DNA of 64,000 nucleotides, from NCBI RefSeq assembly GCF_036321535.1, contig NC_087436.1, positions 88,228,001 through 88,292,000 on the forward strand. Reading direction: 5' to 3'. Position 1 is the first letter of the stretch, and every line of letters starts with the position of its first letter. A model generated the notes under the pieces. The model saw nothing but the letters and a program-made list of their open reading frames with translations, did not search any database and had not been told where the DNA came from. A program made the translations under genes and the position numbers. The stretch comes from Camelus dromedarius. Taxonomy: Eukaryota. Positions 1 to 13,597 of the stretch are shown one piece after another.

Positions 1-461
1 AAGTGATTCAGTTATATATATGCATATACATTTTTCAGATTCTTTTCCATTACAGCTCATTATAAGAAATTGAATATAGTTCCCTGTGCTACACAGTGGG
101 TCCTTATTGTTTATTTTATATATAGTAATGTGTATCTATTAATCTCAAACTCCTAATATATCCCTTCCCCACACCATTCCTCTCTGGGAACCACAGTTTG
201 TTTTCTATGTCCATGAGTCTATTTCTGGTTTATAAATAAAATTTGTATCTATTTTTTTAGATTCTACACATAAGTGATATCATATGACATTTGTCTTTGT
301 CTGATTTACTTAATATGATAATCTCTAGTCCATCCATGTTGCTGCAAATGGCATTATTTCATTCTTTTTTGTGGCTGAGTAATATTCCACTGTATTTCTT
401 TATCCATTTATCTGTTGGTGGACATTTAGGTTGTTTCCACATCCTGGCTATTGTGAATAGC
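1..461 (-). mobile_element. LINE-1 3' end fragment
   Basis: Antisense L1 3'UTR text (ccatccatgttgctgcaaatggcattatttcattc, ggacatttaggttgtttcca). Confidence 0.85.
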
Positions 462-479
462 TACTAGTATCAATTTATT

Positions 480-1690
480 AGTTTACAGAGATAGCGAAAG
501 TAAAAACAATAACAAATAACTAATCATATATAAAGGATCAGGAATCAGAATGGCTTTGGATCCCTTAACAATAATACTAGAAGCAAGAAGTCAACAGAGC
601 ATTTCTGTTTCCAGTAACAGCATGCCAGGTGACTGAGCAAATCCTTCTGCTGAAAACAGAAAAACTGGATAGTCTATTTTTGAAAATAAAGATACCTTTA
701 AAAAAGTAAAGACAGGAAAAGACAGCTGGGAACTCTCAGGTCACTTTTCAGACTAGAGCACATACACAGAGAGGCCAGCAGAACAACAGAGCAAGAACGG
801 CAAACCCGAGCTAGACTCGCTCTCCCTCCCCCGAGCTGCGGAAACTTGTAGAGAGGACAGCCGTGGTGCTGCCTGGGGAGCAGCAGTGAAAGACGGGGGT
901 GCAGGGAGGAAGAGAAGGCATCCTATGGAGGTTGTACCCACAGATTGGTCCTCCGTGCAATTGTATTCAGGATACGCATAACCTGGGTGGGCCAGGAACC
1001 TCTCCAACTTGGTGAGGTCCTTCCAGATAGTGCCCGTAGGCACCTGGCAGAAACACACGCAAAGCCCTGCAGGAAGGCACATCCAGCCGAGGCCCCAGAG
1101 AACCGCCGCAAATCATTTTTCTCAGGTGATGTCCATCAAGCTGCAGAAGCACACCAGAAAACAAGACACGAACCCAAGTGAGAACCAATGTTGGAATGAT
1201 TGGTCGTGAACTTTAACCTATGCTTTCCAAGTTCAAAGAACTAGACTTAAAAATATCATCAGGAAACAAGGGATTGTGAGAATGACACAGCGGTTTTGAA
1301 AAAGAACCAAAGACAATATTCAGAAATGAAAAAAAATTTAAGGTATGCCTTCATAATTCAGAAGGAAAATGATGGCTGATCTAAAATTCTTGACCTAGCT
1401 ACTCTATGCATAAATTAACAGGCTACGATAAAGAAAATTTCAACAGGCAATATTTCAAAACACTTACCTCCAGGGCACTCTTTCTGATGAGGTTACTGTA
1501 GGGTTTGGTCCATCAAAATCAAACCCTAGACCAAGAAGATACAGGAAACAAAAAACAGGAGATCCAATGTACAAGAGAGGCAAAGGGAACTTCCAGGAGG
1601 ATGTTGAAAGGAGGTACCAGGATGATAGCCATGGAGCAGATACAGAGGAAATCTGTCTCTATCGCAGCAACAGAATTCAAGAAACAGACA
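480..1690 (+). mobile_element. Old, degenerate L1 (L1M-type) 5'/ORF1 fragments
   Basis: A-rich ORF1-like pieces (aggaatcagaatggctttgg, aagcacaccagaaaacaag encoding KHTRKQ, aaaagaaccaaa). Confidence 0.5.
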
Positions 1691-3329
1691 CATTGAGAGC
1701 CTCCATCACTAAGATCTCTGCCATCATTCTCCTTTTTCTGTTTGTTTGTTTTTTTTTTTTAACCTGAATACAGAATGCCTGGCCAGTCTTATATGTACTC
1801 AACTTTTTTTGGACCATTGGTACAAAAATTCCTGTTCTCCCCTCCATATCTGTTGCTTGGATCTACTAAGATGCTCATTCATTCCTGGGTGATTTGACCT
1901 ACTGAGAGCTGGAGGCAGGTCATCTGATCTCAGAAGCAGGAAATACAGGGCACCCCACTCCCTTTAATACTATTTTTATGAAAATCTTTAAGTTCCACCC
2001 TGCATCCCTGCCAGATGCTCTAACTGTGATCCGCCATCTATTTTCCAGAGCTCATTGTTCTCCTAAAAGTTCCCAGAACTCAATTTCCTAAAATCAAACA
2101 ATAAAACACCAACATACCTACAGGTAAGTAAACCCTCATATTAGAATGTATAAGAGCTAAAACACCACTTATTTGGACTTACAATTTATGAGACTGTCAC
2201 AACACTTCACTTGCGAGATCAAGCCACGTCCAAGTCTGCACATATGGCGCCCTTTTCAAACATCCTCACATCATTGTGCCATCTCCCAACTGTTTGGGGA
2301 AGTAACTTCAGACTTCACCTATGTATTATTTTGTTTAAGCTATTGGATTGGGGAACATACATAAAATTTTTTTCTCTACAACTTAAGCTGAAAAAATGTG
2401 TTGAGAGGCTGCAGTCTGTGAAACTGGAGTATTAAAAGCCAAGGGGTCATCCAGCAGGAAAACATCACCAGAGAAAGGCCCAGCCAGCTGCCCTGTGCCC
2501 TGGGAGTCCTTCCTTCGGTGACATCACCCAGAGCTAAATGCCCAGAGTCTTAGCAGGAGGGAAGGTCTAACATCAGCTTTGCTCCTGGGAATTTCCACCA
2601 TCCAAAAGAAAGGCCACCTCAGTGGGGGAGCAGGGGTGCTCACTGAGAAATGCAGGATATTCATCAGTTGTGGGAAAACATATGCTGAAAGGATATTTTC
2701 CCCTCTTGTCTGATTGGTGAGTTAGAATTTGATGATCCAAGTAGTTCCAGGAAATAAGATTCATGACGTCAATTTGTGCTGACATTTTCTCAGCCACTCA
2801 ATTCCCTCCTTACGGCCGGCTGCACTTAGCAGTGTTACACAGCCAGGCGGGGTCAGTTACCACATAAATTTCACTAGATACTTCTTATTTTCGGGCCCAC
2901 ACCATTAGAAGAAATTCTGCCAAGAAATTCTCCTGCAGTCTTAAATGAAGTCACATGACCCTGACACACAATTTATTAACCGCTGTTATGTTTCAGGTTG
3001 GAAGTTTGCAGAGAAAATAAAAATAAGGTCCTAGGTGCATCTGTTTATAGCTATATTTCAAGGGTTAAAGTGATTACATAAGCGAGTTGAATCATGATTT
3101 GCTAATTAATACAAAGCTCTTGTAAATGGCTTAAATAATTGGGTTTTTTTTTTAAGACTTTTACATTTGAAAATAAAATGTCTCATGAATGTTTTCCTTG
3201 AAGTCTTCATTAAAATTATGAAACATTCACTTTGCTGTTTAATAAATGCCTGATGATGATAATGCTTTGTTTTTAAATGAAGATTTTTTTAAGTGAGACT
3301 GTTTTTAAAGCAGGATCAGAAATTGTAAG

Positions 3330-4165
3330 GTAAGGATTCTGATCACCAATTCCAACAGCGGGGGCAGGGGGGTGGCGGAGGAGAGGACGTTGCCCCCCTA
3401 CACCACCAAGCAATTCTTCAACACTGCCTGGGTGTCCTACAATTTAATTCAATTCCAACGCTGTTTACCTGCAGATACCACCAGATTCTACAGGTTATGG
3501 GCTCAGTCCTACAAGAATACCCCCTACTTCAGATGCCAATCAGTAGTACTGGTTGTCACCTGGGCTTCTGACCCACAGGCAGAAGACCCACAGGTAGGTG
3601 GTTCCAGAGATCCCTCTCCTCTGGTTTGATTACTTTGCTAGAGCAGCTCACGGAACCTGGAGAAACATCTTACCAGATTACTGGTTTATTTTGAAAAGAT
3701 GTAACTCAGGAACAGCAAGATGGCAGAGATGCAGAGGTCAAGGTGAGGGAAAGAGCTCAGAGCTTCCACGCCCCTCTGGGTGAGCTACTCTCCCGGAACC
3801 TCCACATGTTCACTAACCTGGAAGTTCTCCAAACCCTCTCTTTCTGGGTTTTTGTGGAAGCTTTATTATATAGGCATGATTGATTAAATCATTGGCCGCT
3901 GGTGATTGATTCAACCTCCAGCTCCTCTTCCTTCCTTCCCAGGGAGAGGGGTGGGACTAAAAGTTATAACACTTCCATCACACGGTTAGTTCTCCTGGTA
4001 ACCAGCTCCCAACCTTAGATGGGTCCAAAAGTTACCTCATAAACATAACAAAAGGCACCTTTCTGGCTCTCATCACTTAAGAAATCCAAGGGTTTTAGAA
4101 GTTCAGTTCCCAAAACAGGGACAAAGACCAAATCTATATTTGTTGTTAGAGATGACAATATCACA
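3330..4165 (-). mobile_element. MER21-like LTR
   Basis: Minus strand starts TGTGATATTGT; contains gggtgtcctacaatt, ggctcagtcctacaaga and cttcagatgccaatc. Confidence 0.7.
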
Positions 4166-4277
4166 TAAGGTATATAATTTAAATGATTAGCTGTGTGGTC
4201 AGAGTTTGAGCTGAAGGACATATAATTGATAAAAATCTGGTATCCTGAAGAGCAGGTGCAGTTTCTCTAAAGGCCAT

Positions 4278-4900
4278 ACGTTAGTCAGGATAGGCTGCTA
4301 TAACAAACAGCCCCCAAATATCAATGGTTTAATATAGTAGACATTTATTTCTCACTCATGCAAAGTCCAATGCAGAAGTTTCTAAGCACTGAAGTAAACA
4401 GCCCCCAAGGAAGAGACTCAATACTTTAGCCTCCTTCTACCTTGCCACTTCAACCGTCTTCCTCCTGAGGCCACCAAGTTCTGCCAGAGTGAAAGGGTGA
4501 GAGTGGAGAAGGCCATCTGCAAAAAATTCCTTGCCTGTTAAGTGACACATCACTTCTGCTCTAATCCCATTGATAAGAGCTAGTCACAGTCTCAATGGTG
4601 TGCTGTAAGCAGCGGGTCCCAGCTTCTGAAAGTTGCTTAGGTGCATCCCCCCCCCCCAACTCCACATTCAATGATGTCATGTTTGTGTCTTGAAATAGGC
4701 CTTTGTGGAATTTTTACAACATGGAAATAGGCAGGTACTACAGGGGAGGCCTTTTCCCATCTGGAGAGTCAGGTGTTAAACATTTACCAGCACAGCACAG
4801 GGTTCCACCCAGCTCGATGCAAGGGGCCTGGGAAGGGGGTCTGGTTGTGTGTCTGTGAGGAATGAGTGGGCCTGGTGAGTATCCAGCCTCTCTCCGTCAC
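4278..4900. mobile_element. MLT1-type MaLR LTR, interrupted by a hAT element
   Basis: tagtcaggataggctgctataacaaac...atttatttctcactcatg...cacatcacttctgct. Confidence 0.6.
4593..4800. mobile_element. MER63-like non-autonomous hAT transposon
   Basis: Imperfect terminal inverted repeats caatggtgtgctg and gttaaacatttaccagcacagcacag. Confidence 0.55.
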
Positions 4901-6639
4901 TGGAAAGAAAAGCAAAATTAATTTCATTTGACTTTAGAAATGATCTCCTTACAACTGTTCTTTACAAAGGAGCATTACTCTGTTTTGGCTTTTTGTTATC
5001 CTGTCTCTGTCACTTATAAACTCTAAGCCCAGGGGAACTGTGTATGAACTGCCTAACTAAAAATACATTGCTGTTAGGGAGGTAAGATGCCACCCTGTTC
5101 GTAGGGTTTTCTTCAAGGGAAAGTTCCCCTCTTGTTCATGTGAGGTTCCTGGTCTTCTCCTCCCCACTCAAAATATTACATACTTCCTACAATGCCTTAC
5201 AAATCTTCATGGGCAATTTTTTTCCCTGATTTTTTAAAATAAGTTGTGTCATGTGGATTACTCTTTTTGTAGGTAATAAATGATCAAATATCAGCAATTT
5301 CATATGGCTCAACCTATACTAAGCATAGTTGTTGTTTTCAAGTCCCATCAGGGATTTCCTATCATCTTTTGTTTTGTTTGATGCAGTTTACTGGATTACC
5401 CACAAGGTCCCCTTATTAGCAATATAAATGATCAGACGTTGAGGATTTTTTTATCCTCAGTTACTTTCTCTTGACCTGTAGGTTCAGGCTTTTCCCCAAA
5501 AGTTAGCATGGAAGATCCCACTCTCTTTTCAATTCTTTATTGTTTTTAATGTGAATTTAAATAGATTTTATCCAACATTTTTCACTTTAGGGAAAAGGCT
5601 GGTCCTTATTACGTAGCCCACCATGAATGCAAACTGATTTCCTGTGTGTATAGGAGGTCACAACACACAACCCATCTTTCGACTTACTTTTAACACTGCA
5701 GTCAGCAAGGCCGGGTGTGAAGGCTCTCAGAGCTGCTGGCTCTGGGCTTCATCAGCACTTCATCCAATAGGCAATACATTTCCTAAAATTGGCTCCTACG
5801 TGCCCAAACCCCCAGCCATTCAAATAAACTAATTCAATTGTGAGCTCATCTGAAAGCATGTTCTGGCAGGAAGATGCCAGGCAGGGCGGGGGTTCCCTGA
5901 GAGCTTCGTTCAGAGACAATGGGGAGCTTACAGAGAAATACAGAGGGCAAGGCCCAGCTAGAACCTGGACCGAGTCAGTTCCTAGCAGGTGATCCTGCTG
6001 GTGACAGAGCAATTAGAGGGGGCCCTAAATATTCGTGATTAGGGAAGTTAGCTAACTTCAGCTAGAATTGGGGAGATTGGTTTCAGTTCAAGTTAGGCTT
6101 AACAAGCAAGAGACTTGAGCGTTCTTAGAGAAGGAATAAGACTTGGCGGGAAGCACGGTGTGGGTGTGGCTACGAGAACAGAGCTGCAGGAAATTGTTGC
6201 TCCTGGCAGGGGTGGAGCACTGGGGGCCTTCTGAGGGGTGTGTTTAGCAGTCGTGCTTTCAGGAGCAGACAGCCTGGGGATGAGGGTCTGAACAGCTCAG
6301 AGGGCTTGCTGTGCTGCGCCAGAACGGTTCCCCTGTACTGCTCTCCTGCAACTTACCTTGTCTGCCAGCAGATTTTCCTCTCTGCCGTTCCTGTCTCCTG
6401 CCCCTGCAGGTCTCCTTCTCTTGGCTTACTTGAATGGTGGATACAAATAGAGGTGAATTTGATGGTAGACCCTAATAATTAGTGTGCTGTAGTGCCATGT
6501 TTCTCAAAGAATATGCAAAATTCTGCTGCGAGGTACAGAAAACCATAGGATAGGGAACGTCTTCGAGTTTTACTTCTGTTTTGAAGACATGGGAAACAAA
6601 GTTATTTCTTTATTCAAAGGAACTATTTACTTTGCAGTC

Positions 6640-7000
6640 TTGTACTACTCGCCTTCTTTTCTCATCCTTCTCCATATGCTTTTCCAAGAGGTCATTTCAA
6701 GACCAGGGCTTCAGTGACCACATATATGCAGTTAACTCGCCAGGTCACATTTATAGCCCTGGCATCTTTCTTGGGCTGCAGGCACTCACATACAACTTAT
6801 ACTTGAAGCTTTCCATGTCTACATCTCAGCACAGTGTGCTCTTCCCAAAGCGTACGTGTTCCTCCCTGCATTCATTCATTCATGCCTTCATTCACTCATT
6901 CAAATAGTTATTTGAATAATATTCTACTGCTACACTAGGCACCATAAACGAGTCATGAGCAAGATATACATGGTCCCACCTTCACAAAGCTTCTGGTTCA
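6640..7000. mobile_element. L2 fragments
   Basis: (cattc/attc)n L2 tail at ~6868-6905 with ctaggcac...ggtccc context. Confidence 0.55.
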
Positions 7001-7327
7001 GTGAAGTATATTCATAAGTAAAGAAGACTTCCCAGAACTGAAGAACATGAATCTCCCAATTAAAACAACCCATGGAGGGCCCAGAACAACACATTTCTAA
7101 GATAATTCAAGAAAAAAAAATTGGGAAATACCAAAAGACTTGAAACAAAGAAAATATTTGTTTCAGAGAGAATTTTTTTCATATTCAAGGTAACAGAAAT
7201 AGAGTGACACTAAGACTTTTAGCACCACCTGTAAAATTCAAAAACCATAGAAGAACACCTGCAACATTCTGAGGAATTGTTATTTTCAAGGGAGAGTACT
7301 ATGTCTTTCAAACTAACAATTATGTAT

Positions 7328-8356
7328 GAGTATATTAGCTTCTTCAGAGAAACGGAGCCAATAAAACATGGATTTATATATTTAAAGATTTATTTTAAGG
7401 AACTGGCTCATCTGATTATGGATTCTTGAAAATCCAAAATTTGTAGGGTGGGCCAGCAGGCTGGCGACCAAGGGAAGGGCCAGTTCAAGTTGGAAAGCCA
7501 TCGGCTGATGGAATTCCCTCTTGCTCAGGGGAGATCAGTCTTGGTTTCATTTAGCCCTTCAACTGACTAGAAGAGGCTCACCACACTCTGGAGGACAATC
7601 TGGTTTACTCAAAGTCCACTGCAGTGTGATATCAAGCTTTTTAAAAATTGTAATGTAATGCCTGACATTATGCTTTTGATTGCCAAGACATCCATCCCAA
7701 ATAAACATGTTCCCAGCTGTATGACACAGCTACTAGTAAAACAACTAGATAAGAATCCAGGCCACCCTACCCACAAAGTTCCCCTTTCAGAAAGCCTTGG
7801 GTAACCTAGATGACTGACCACTTGAATGATTCCGCTTTTCCCTTCCTGTGCCCTAACTCCCACTCATGTGTTAAATTTGCCAATAAAAAGTGAACCCTAG
7901 TCATCTCACTCTCAGACCCCAATAAGGCAGAGCCCCAGGTCTGTACCCCCTCGCTCTCTGTCTACCTTCAGCCTCACTGTGTGGCCACTGGTCATGCCGT
8001 GTACCCTCCAGGACCCATGAGTAATACATCTTGTTCTTTCAAGTTCCCTGATGGTGTTTGTTAGGTGTGTCTCCTGATCATGATAGGAACTGCAAAGGCC
8101 AGTCCAGCCACAACACTGGCTACAGTCTGGGGACGGTCAGTGGGGGCCCCACCACAAGCAGTGCGGACCAGGCGAGTGCCTCAGGCACCCTTAACCAATA
8201 GCACCACTATCCACAGGAAGAGACGGACAGAACATCCGCCTACGTCAGGATTAATCTCATCCAAATGTACTCTCGGGGAAACATCCAGAAAAATGTTGCA
8301 CACATTCCTGGGCACTATGGCCCAACCAAGCTGACACATAAAATTAACCATCACAA
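7328..8356. mobile_element. MLT2-type LTR split by a second LTR element (~7622-8249)
   Basis: First half (cttcagagaaacggagccaata...ttactcaaagtccactg) resumes at ~8250 (ttaatctcatcca...gacacataaaattaaccatcaca). The insert has an LTR-like end at ccagccacaaca (~8115). Confidence 0.65.
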
Positions 8357-9654
8357 TGACGGAAGATTAGAATGTCTTCAAGAATTGAAGGCCTCCAAAA
8401 GTTAACTTCCCGGGTATCCTTTCCTATGAGCCTCTTCAGTGAAACAAGAGAGTCAACTGAGAAAGAAAAGCCATGGATCTAGGAAAAGGAACTCACACAG
8501 GCTGGTCTCAGGACAAAGCTACGCAGCCGGCAGAGGAAGCAGCCTGGGCGGACAGGAGCATCAGGACGGGAGCCAGGAGGGGGAAGGAAATGGAAGTGAG
8601 ACTCTGATGTTCTCCCAGATTTTTCCTCTGAGAGTCTCTGCGGGGTGGTTAAGGGCACAGATGCTGGAGCCATACTTCCTGGGTTTAAATCCAGACTTTA
8701 CTCCCTTGTAGTGGAGTGATATTCATCTCCTCGTCGTCCGTTTCTTCATATGCAAAACAGGGAAGATTATGGTATGTTTTGCTGGGAAGGATGGCGGAAA
8801 GATGGGCAGGAGGAGCTAGGCTGTGGTGCTCAATGACCCCAAATCTCAGGATCTTATAAGCACAAAGGTATTTTTCTTTCTCATGCTGTGTGTCCCATGG
8901 GTTGGCTGGGGCTCCACACTTAAGCATGCAGGCTGAGGGAGTCTCCATCACCTGGAATGACAGTGTTTTCTATGATAGGGGAAGGAAAAGTGGGGAGGGA
9001 CAGACCAGCTCTTAAAGGCTCCTGTCCAGAGATGACATGTCATTTCTGCTCATGTTCCCTTGGCTGAATCCAGGAGCAGGCGGGGATGTGCAAACCCACC
9101 TTACATCCAGGTGGAGGAGAAGGATGAGAATGTTGACAAACACCCACTGATGACCACCGACCCCCAGGCTCTCCCCTCCATGGGGCAAGAATCCGGGACT
9201 TTGGACAAGAAGTAAAGCAGCAGCACCTGAGGGGAGGAGGGGAGGGACAGATGGGTCGTCGAGGAGGGAATAAGGAGAAGGCTAGAGAAGGGACAGGAGC
9301 TGTGAGTCCAGGGATGTGGGTTTGGAGTTTGAGAGAGGTGAGAAATGAAAGAATTCCTGTGAGAAGTAAAAACCTCAAGAGCCCGCGAGAGGGCTGACTA
9401 GGATTGACAGGCACCCTTGTTCGGTGGTTACAGCACACATGAGAGAGGCACTGTCTGATTGCTACTCAAGAAAACCTAACAGACTTTTGTTAGGTTTCTT
9501 TAAATGTGTCTAACCCTATTTCAGTGCATCTTCACACAGCTCATTTAACAGAGTCTTTCTTACCAACATTCATTTTGTCCTACAAATATATTTTTTAAAG
9601 TATTTTCCATGGTTCCAAAAAGAAAAAAAGAATGGAAATTAAGTTCTGGTCTCA

Positions 9655-10345
9655 TTTTTTAAAATAAGCTTCTTTTGGATTAGTTTAGATTTACAGAACA
9701 GTTACAAAGACATTGAGTTCCCACATACATTATGTCCAGTTTCTTCGATTATTAACATCTTCCATTAGTATGGTGTATTTGTCACAATTAATGAACCAAT
9801 ATTGATACATTATTAGTAACTAAAGCCCATACTTTATTTAATTTATTTTTTTTAGGAGTTGTTATAAAATTGCTTTAACTCAGTTCTCTCTGCATTACAA
9901 GCCCGAGGACGGCAGTGGACTCTGCCTGCTCCCCTTACAACACTGAGCCTGCAACCACTGTTACCAAAATATACATCCGTCACCACAAAAAACCACGTGT
10001 GCTGCCCCTTGTGACTTACAACAGGTATAAAAAATTATAAATATTTACACCCTTGTTCCACCCGACATGGAAACTCAGGGCCCAGACCCCGAGGGAGGGC
10101 CGGCCAGCACAGGGCCTGTGCGCCCGAGCCCCTTGGACCCACGAGTGCAGGACAAGGCAGTTAAGACCGGAGGGCGGCTGCCCCAGATCCTGGGGTCCCA
10201 GCATCAGAGGCAGACAAAAAAAAACAGAAACAAAACTTTGGTCCAAAATCATACTTTATTCAGATTGCCTTAGTTATGTCCTTTTTCTTTTCCAGAATCT
10301 CACCCAAGATACCACATTTCATTGAGGTGTCATGTTTTCTCATTT
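9655..10345 (-). mobile_element. L1MC-type 3' fragment hosting the PTBP1-like retrocopy
   Basis: aattaatgaaccaatattgatacattattagtaactaaagcccatactttatt continues as cagatt...caagataccacatt after the insert. Confidence 0.7.
9839..10249 (-). pseudogene. PTBP1: 5'-truncated processed retrocopy (3'UTR only), PTBP1-like
   Basis: Exact 11-bp TSD catactttatt (9828-9838 and 10250-10260) and a T-rich tail ending at 9853. Minus-strand blocks ATTTTGGACCAAAG, TGCCTCTGATGCTGGGACCC and AACAAGGGTGTAAATATTTATAATTTTTTATACCTGTTGT match my recollection of the PTBP1 3'UTR end. Confidence 0.8.
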
Positions 10346-11225
10346 TATTTTGAACAATATCAAAATCTCACATTGATTCACTTGTACTGAAAATAAAACA
10401 AATTGAATTCAGAGCTAGCTGACAGGGAGTTGGGATTTAAAACACTTAGAGAGAAGACAAGATCTCCCCCTAGTGTTTAGAATAGAAAATAGCATCTTGA
10501 CTTTCCAACGTAGGCTAATGCAGAACAAACCTTCCTAAAAGTTTTTTTTTTTTTTTGAAATGATAATAAACATCATAGTTTAACATCATCCGTAGGAAGA
10601 GAAGACACAGTCAATTACTGGCAGAAATAACAACCTCAATAACAAAATGTCCTTGAAGAGAGAGGGAGTTTCGTTCCTGGAAGGGGTTCATGTAAAAGCT
10701 GGCAGAGTTGGCGAGCAGGTATCCCCTACAGTCCCTCCTACAGAATAGTTAACCAGGGACTGAACGAGCAGTTTTCTGGGGGTTTACATTCCTTATAGGC
10801 ACTAATCAGGATGACTGAATGTAAAAGGTGCGGCATTCACTCCCTGTGCTGTCTACTTCACCAGTGAATGAGCCCTCTAGTCAGCAGCACATTTCCCTTC
10901 CCCACTCCCGTCCCCAACTACTGGACATCAGATTTCTGGCTATTCGAACATTTGAACACAGTGAAAAATCAGAAAGCCTGCCAAAGGAGGCCTGTGAAAT
11001 AACTCCCAAAGACAGATAAACAGAAACTAGTCATCCATGTGGAAATAGACGTGGTTAAGAACTTAGAACTTACTGGCTACTTTTGTAAGTAATTCTAATC
11101 ATTTGGATGAGTGGATTTGGATCCGTGGGAAAAAAACACAGCACCTTAGTAAGAGTGGCTTCAACACTGGCTCTCTGGCAGTAGGACTGACAGCTGGTTG
11201 CCAGAGAAGAAAAAAAATCAGTGAA

Positions 11226-11341
11226 GGAGGGTATAGTCAAGTGGTTAGAGTACATGTTAAGCATGCATGAGGTCCTGGGTTCAATCCCCAGTATCTCCAT
11301 TAAAATAACTAACTAAATAAGTAAACCTAATTACCCCCCCC
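11226..11341 (+). mobile_element. tRNA-Ala-derived SINE (camelid Vic-1-like)
   Basis: ggagggtatag...agcatgcatgaggtcctgggttcaatccccagtatctcca followed by an A-rich linker and aaacctaattaccccc. Confidence 0.85.
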
Positions 11342-11558
11342 ACCAACCAACCAACCAAAGAAGAAACAAATTACCCAAACACAGCATACAGTCATTGATT
11401 TTACTGATGAGCTTAAATCATTAAGAAACACATTCACATCATAAGCAGAATCTTCTGTTGATGACAGCATCAGAAAAAGATTTTCATTAAAAATGACTAA
11501 AGTTTAAAAAGGTCTTTGGAACTTAGCTAAGTATCTATTATTTAGAAAATTATTTATT

Positions 11559-12050
11559 TGTGGCAGACCCTGTTAGTTGCTAATCCAACATTCATTGCCC
11601 CTCTTCTTCCACTAACAATTCATTTATTTGGGAAGGCAATGTCCTCAACTAAATACTCATTTTCCCAGCTTCCTTTAGCCAGGAGTTGCTTTGTGACACA
11701 GTTTTTGGCCAATGAGATACAAGCAGAAATCTGCTGGGCCTTTTTGGGAAGCTTTTGTTTTCTTGATGAAAGGGAACAGATATCCCTGGCTCTGCCTCTT
11801 TTCCCCATACTCCTGCCTTGAGTACAGATGTGATGGCTGGATCTGCAGCAATCATGTAGAACCATGAGACAACAAGAATGAAGGCAAAATTCAACTGTTA
11901 GGATGGTGGAACATAAGGTTAGAAAGATTCTGGATCCCTGAAATTGTTGATGAATACTGAACCAACACTGCTCTTTGTGATAACCTAATTTAGACTCCTT
12001 GAATACTTTTATATGCCCCTGAAAATCAAGTTTTCTGTTACTTAAAGCCT
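11559..12050 (+). mobile_element. MLT1-type MaLR LTR
   Basis: tgtggcagac...cccagcttccttt...tggccaatgagatacaagcagaa...gcagcaatcatg. Confidence 0.7.
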
Positions 12051-12119
12051 AATATATTACATATTGATCAATTAATATGACTCCTAAATATTATTTTTAG
12101 TATTAATAATTATTATAAT

Positions 12120-12350
12120 GTTAGTACTAAGGCCCAGGCACTCTGTGAAGCTCTTTATATGCTTTGTCTCTTGTACTCAGCACAGCAAGTTCATGATAGA
12201 GATCTTACAATCAAGCCCTCTTTTTCAGGGCTGGAGGAAGACTCTGAGTCTTAATGAAGTTAAGTGACCTGCTAAGGGTCACACAGCTGTAAGTGGTGGA
12301 ACAAGGATTCAGCACAGGTCTGACCCCAGGTGCCCTTACCCACACTGCCA
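12120..12350 (-). mobile_element. MIR SINE
   Basis: gaagttaagtgacctgctaagggtcacacagctgtaagtggtggaacaaggattc MIR core. Confidence 0.75.
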
Positions 12351-13076
12351 TATACTTAATATTATTCCCAAAGCAGAGTTGAAGACCACCATTTATAACT
12401 TTTGTACACATATTTATCTTCAGAATCTAGTTTTCTATGTCTTTTTGTCTCATAGCTTCCCAAACTTTCACTAAAAAGTGAGAATTATAGCATCAGATTT
12501 TTAAAGGCCAGGCTGGTCTGACAGTTCTTGTGTTTTTCCACTGATTTCTAGGGTAAAAAAATTTTTTCATCACTCCTTTTACCATTTCCCCATCTCAGCT
12601 CATGATTTTTCATTCTGAGGATCTTGCTGTCATACAATTTTTATACTCCAGTTAGTGAGTGTGTGTATCAGCCATCGATAGCTCAGTGATGGTAGACTTG
12701 TAATCACTACTATGAAATGTTAATGAATATTTTTAACGTTGAAACTCTGGGTGATTTCACAATGTATGTAGGTCTCACAATTGTGTTGATAACTGCCTAA
12801 TCAACTCTCTGTTTTGTTTTGTTTTTTAAATTCTACCTTAACATGCTGCCCCCACCCCAAGCCAACCCCTATCATCTTATTTCATCAATTCTCTGCTTGG
12901 GACTTTCAGCTATGAAGGACAAGAAGCTTGACCTCTATAAGCTAAAAACGTTTGGTAATAGAAGCAGGAAAACATAATGGTATCCATCTCACGGGGTTTT
13001 GAGATCACATGAGATGACCCACAGACATGCCCGGCACACACACGGTAGCCACTTAACATGTGGTGGCTATTGTTAG

Positions 13077-13597
13077 GGTTACTGAGTCCAAGCTCGTACC
13101 GGTAGCTGCACAATAGGCCAATTAACTGAGAGATGAGTTGTTGTGGCAAGGAATAGTGACTTTATTTGGAAAGCCAGCAGACCGAGAAGATGGTGGACTA
13201 GTGTCCCAAAGAATCACCTTGCCTAGGTTTGGATACTAGGTTCTTTTACAGAGCAAAAGGAGGAAGGAGGTAAGGAGGTAAAGTAAAAAAGGTGATAAGT
13301 TGTTGCAAATATTTCCCAGGTTTGGATTGGGGAAGGAGGAATATGTTCATTTCTTCCCTCCTGCAGCCATTCATAGGTGGGCCTGGTCAGGATGTTTCCT
13401 GTGGGCTTAAACAAAGGTACTTCAGCCTACAGCTCAGGCCTGGGACGCAGGGCTCCCAGAGACGGGACATGATGTATACTATCAGCTATAGGCACCATCC
13501 CTTTTGTGATTAACTTGTAGCAAAAACAGTAGAATACAAAGGTTAAAGTAAAAGAAACAGATCTAATATGGAGTCAGATTTGTTCTTCCCTACTACA
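13077..13597 (-). mobile_element. Solo ERV1-type LTR
   Basis: Minus strand begins TGTAGTAGGGAAGAACAAATCTGACTCCAT; AATAAA at 13160-13165; ends near ...ttggactcagtaac. Confidence 0.75.

Noticed and set aside
753..1209. Overlapping 60-110 aa ORFs as a gene or pseudogene
   Set aside because: No recognisable protein family or splice structure; the context fits a degenerate old L1 5' region.
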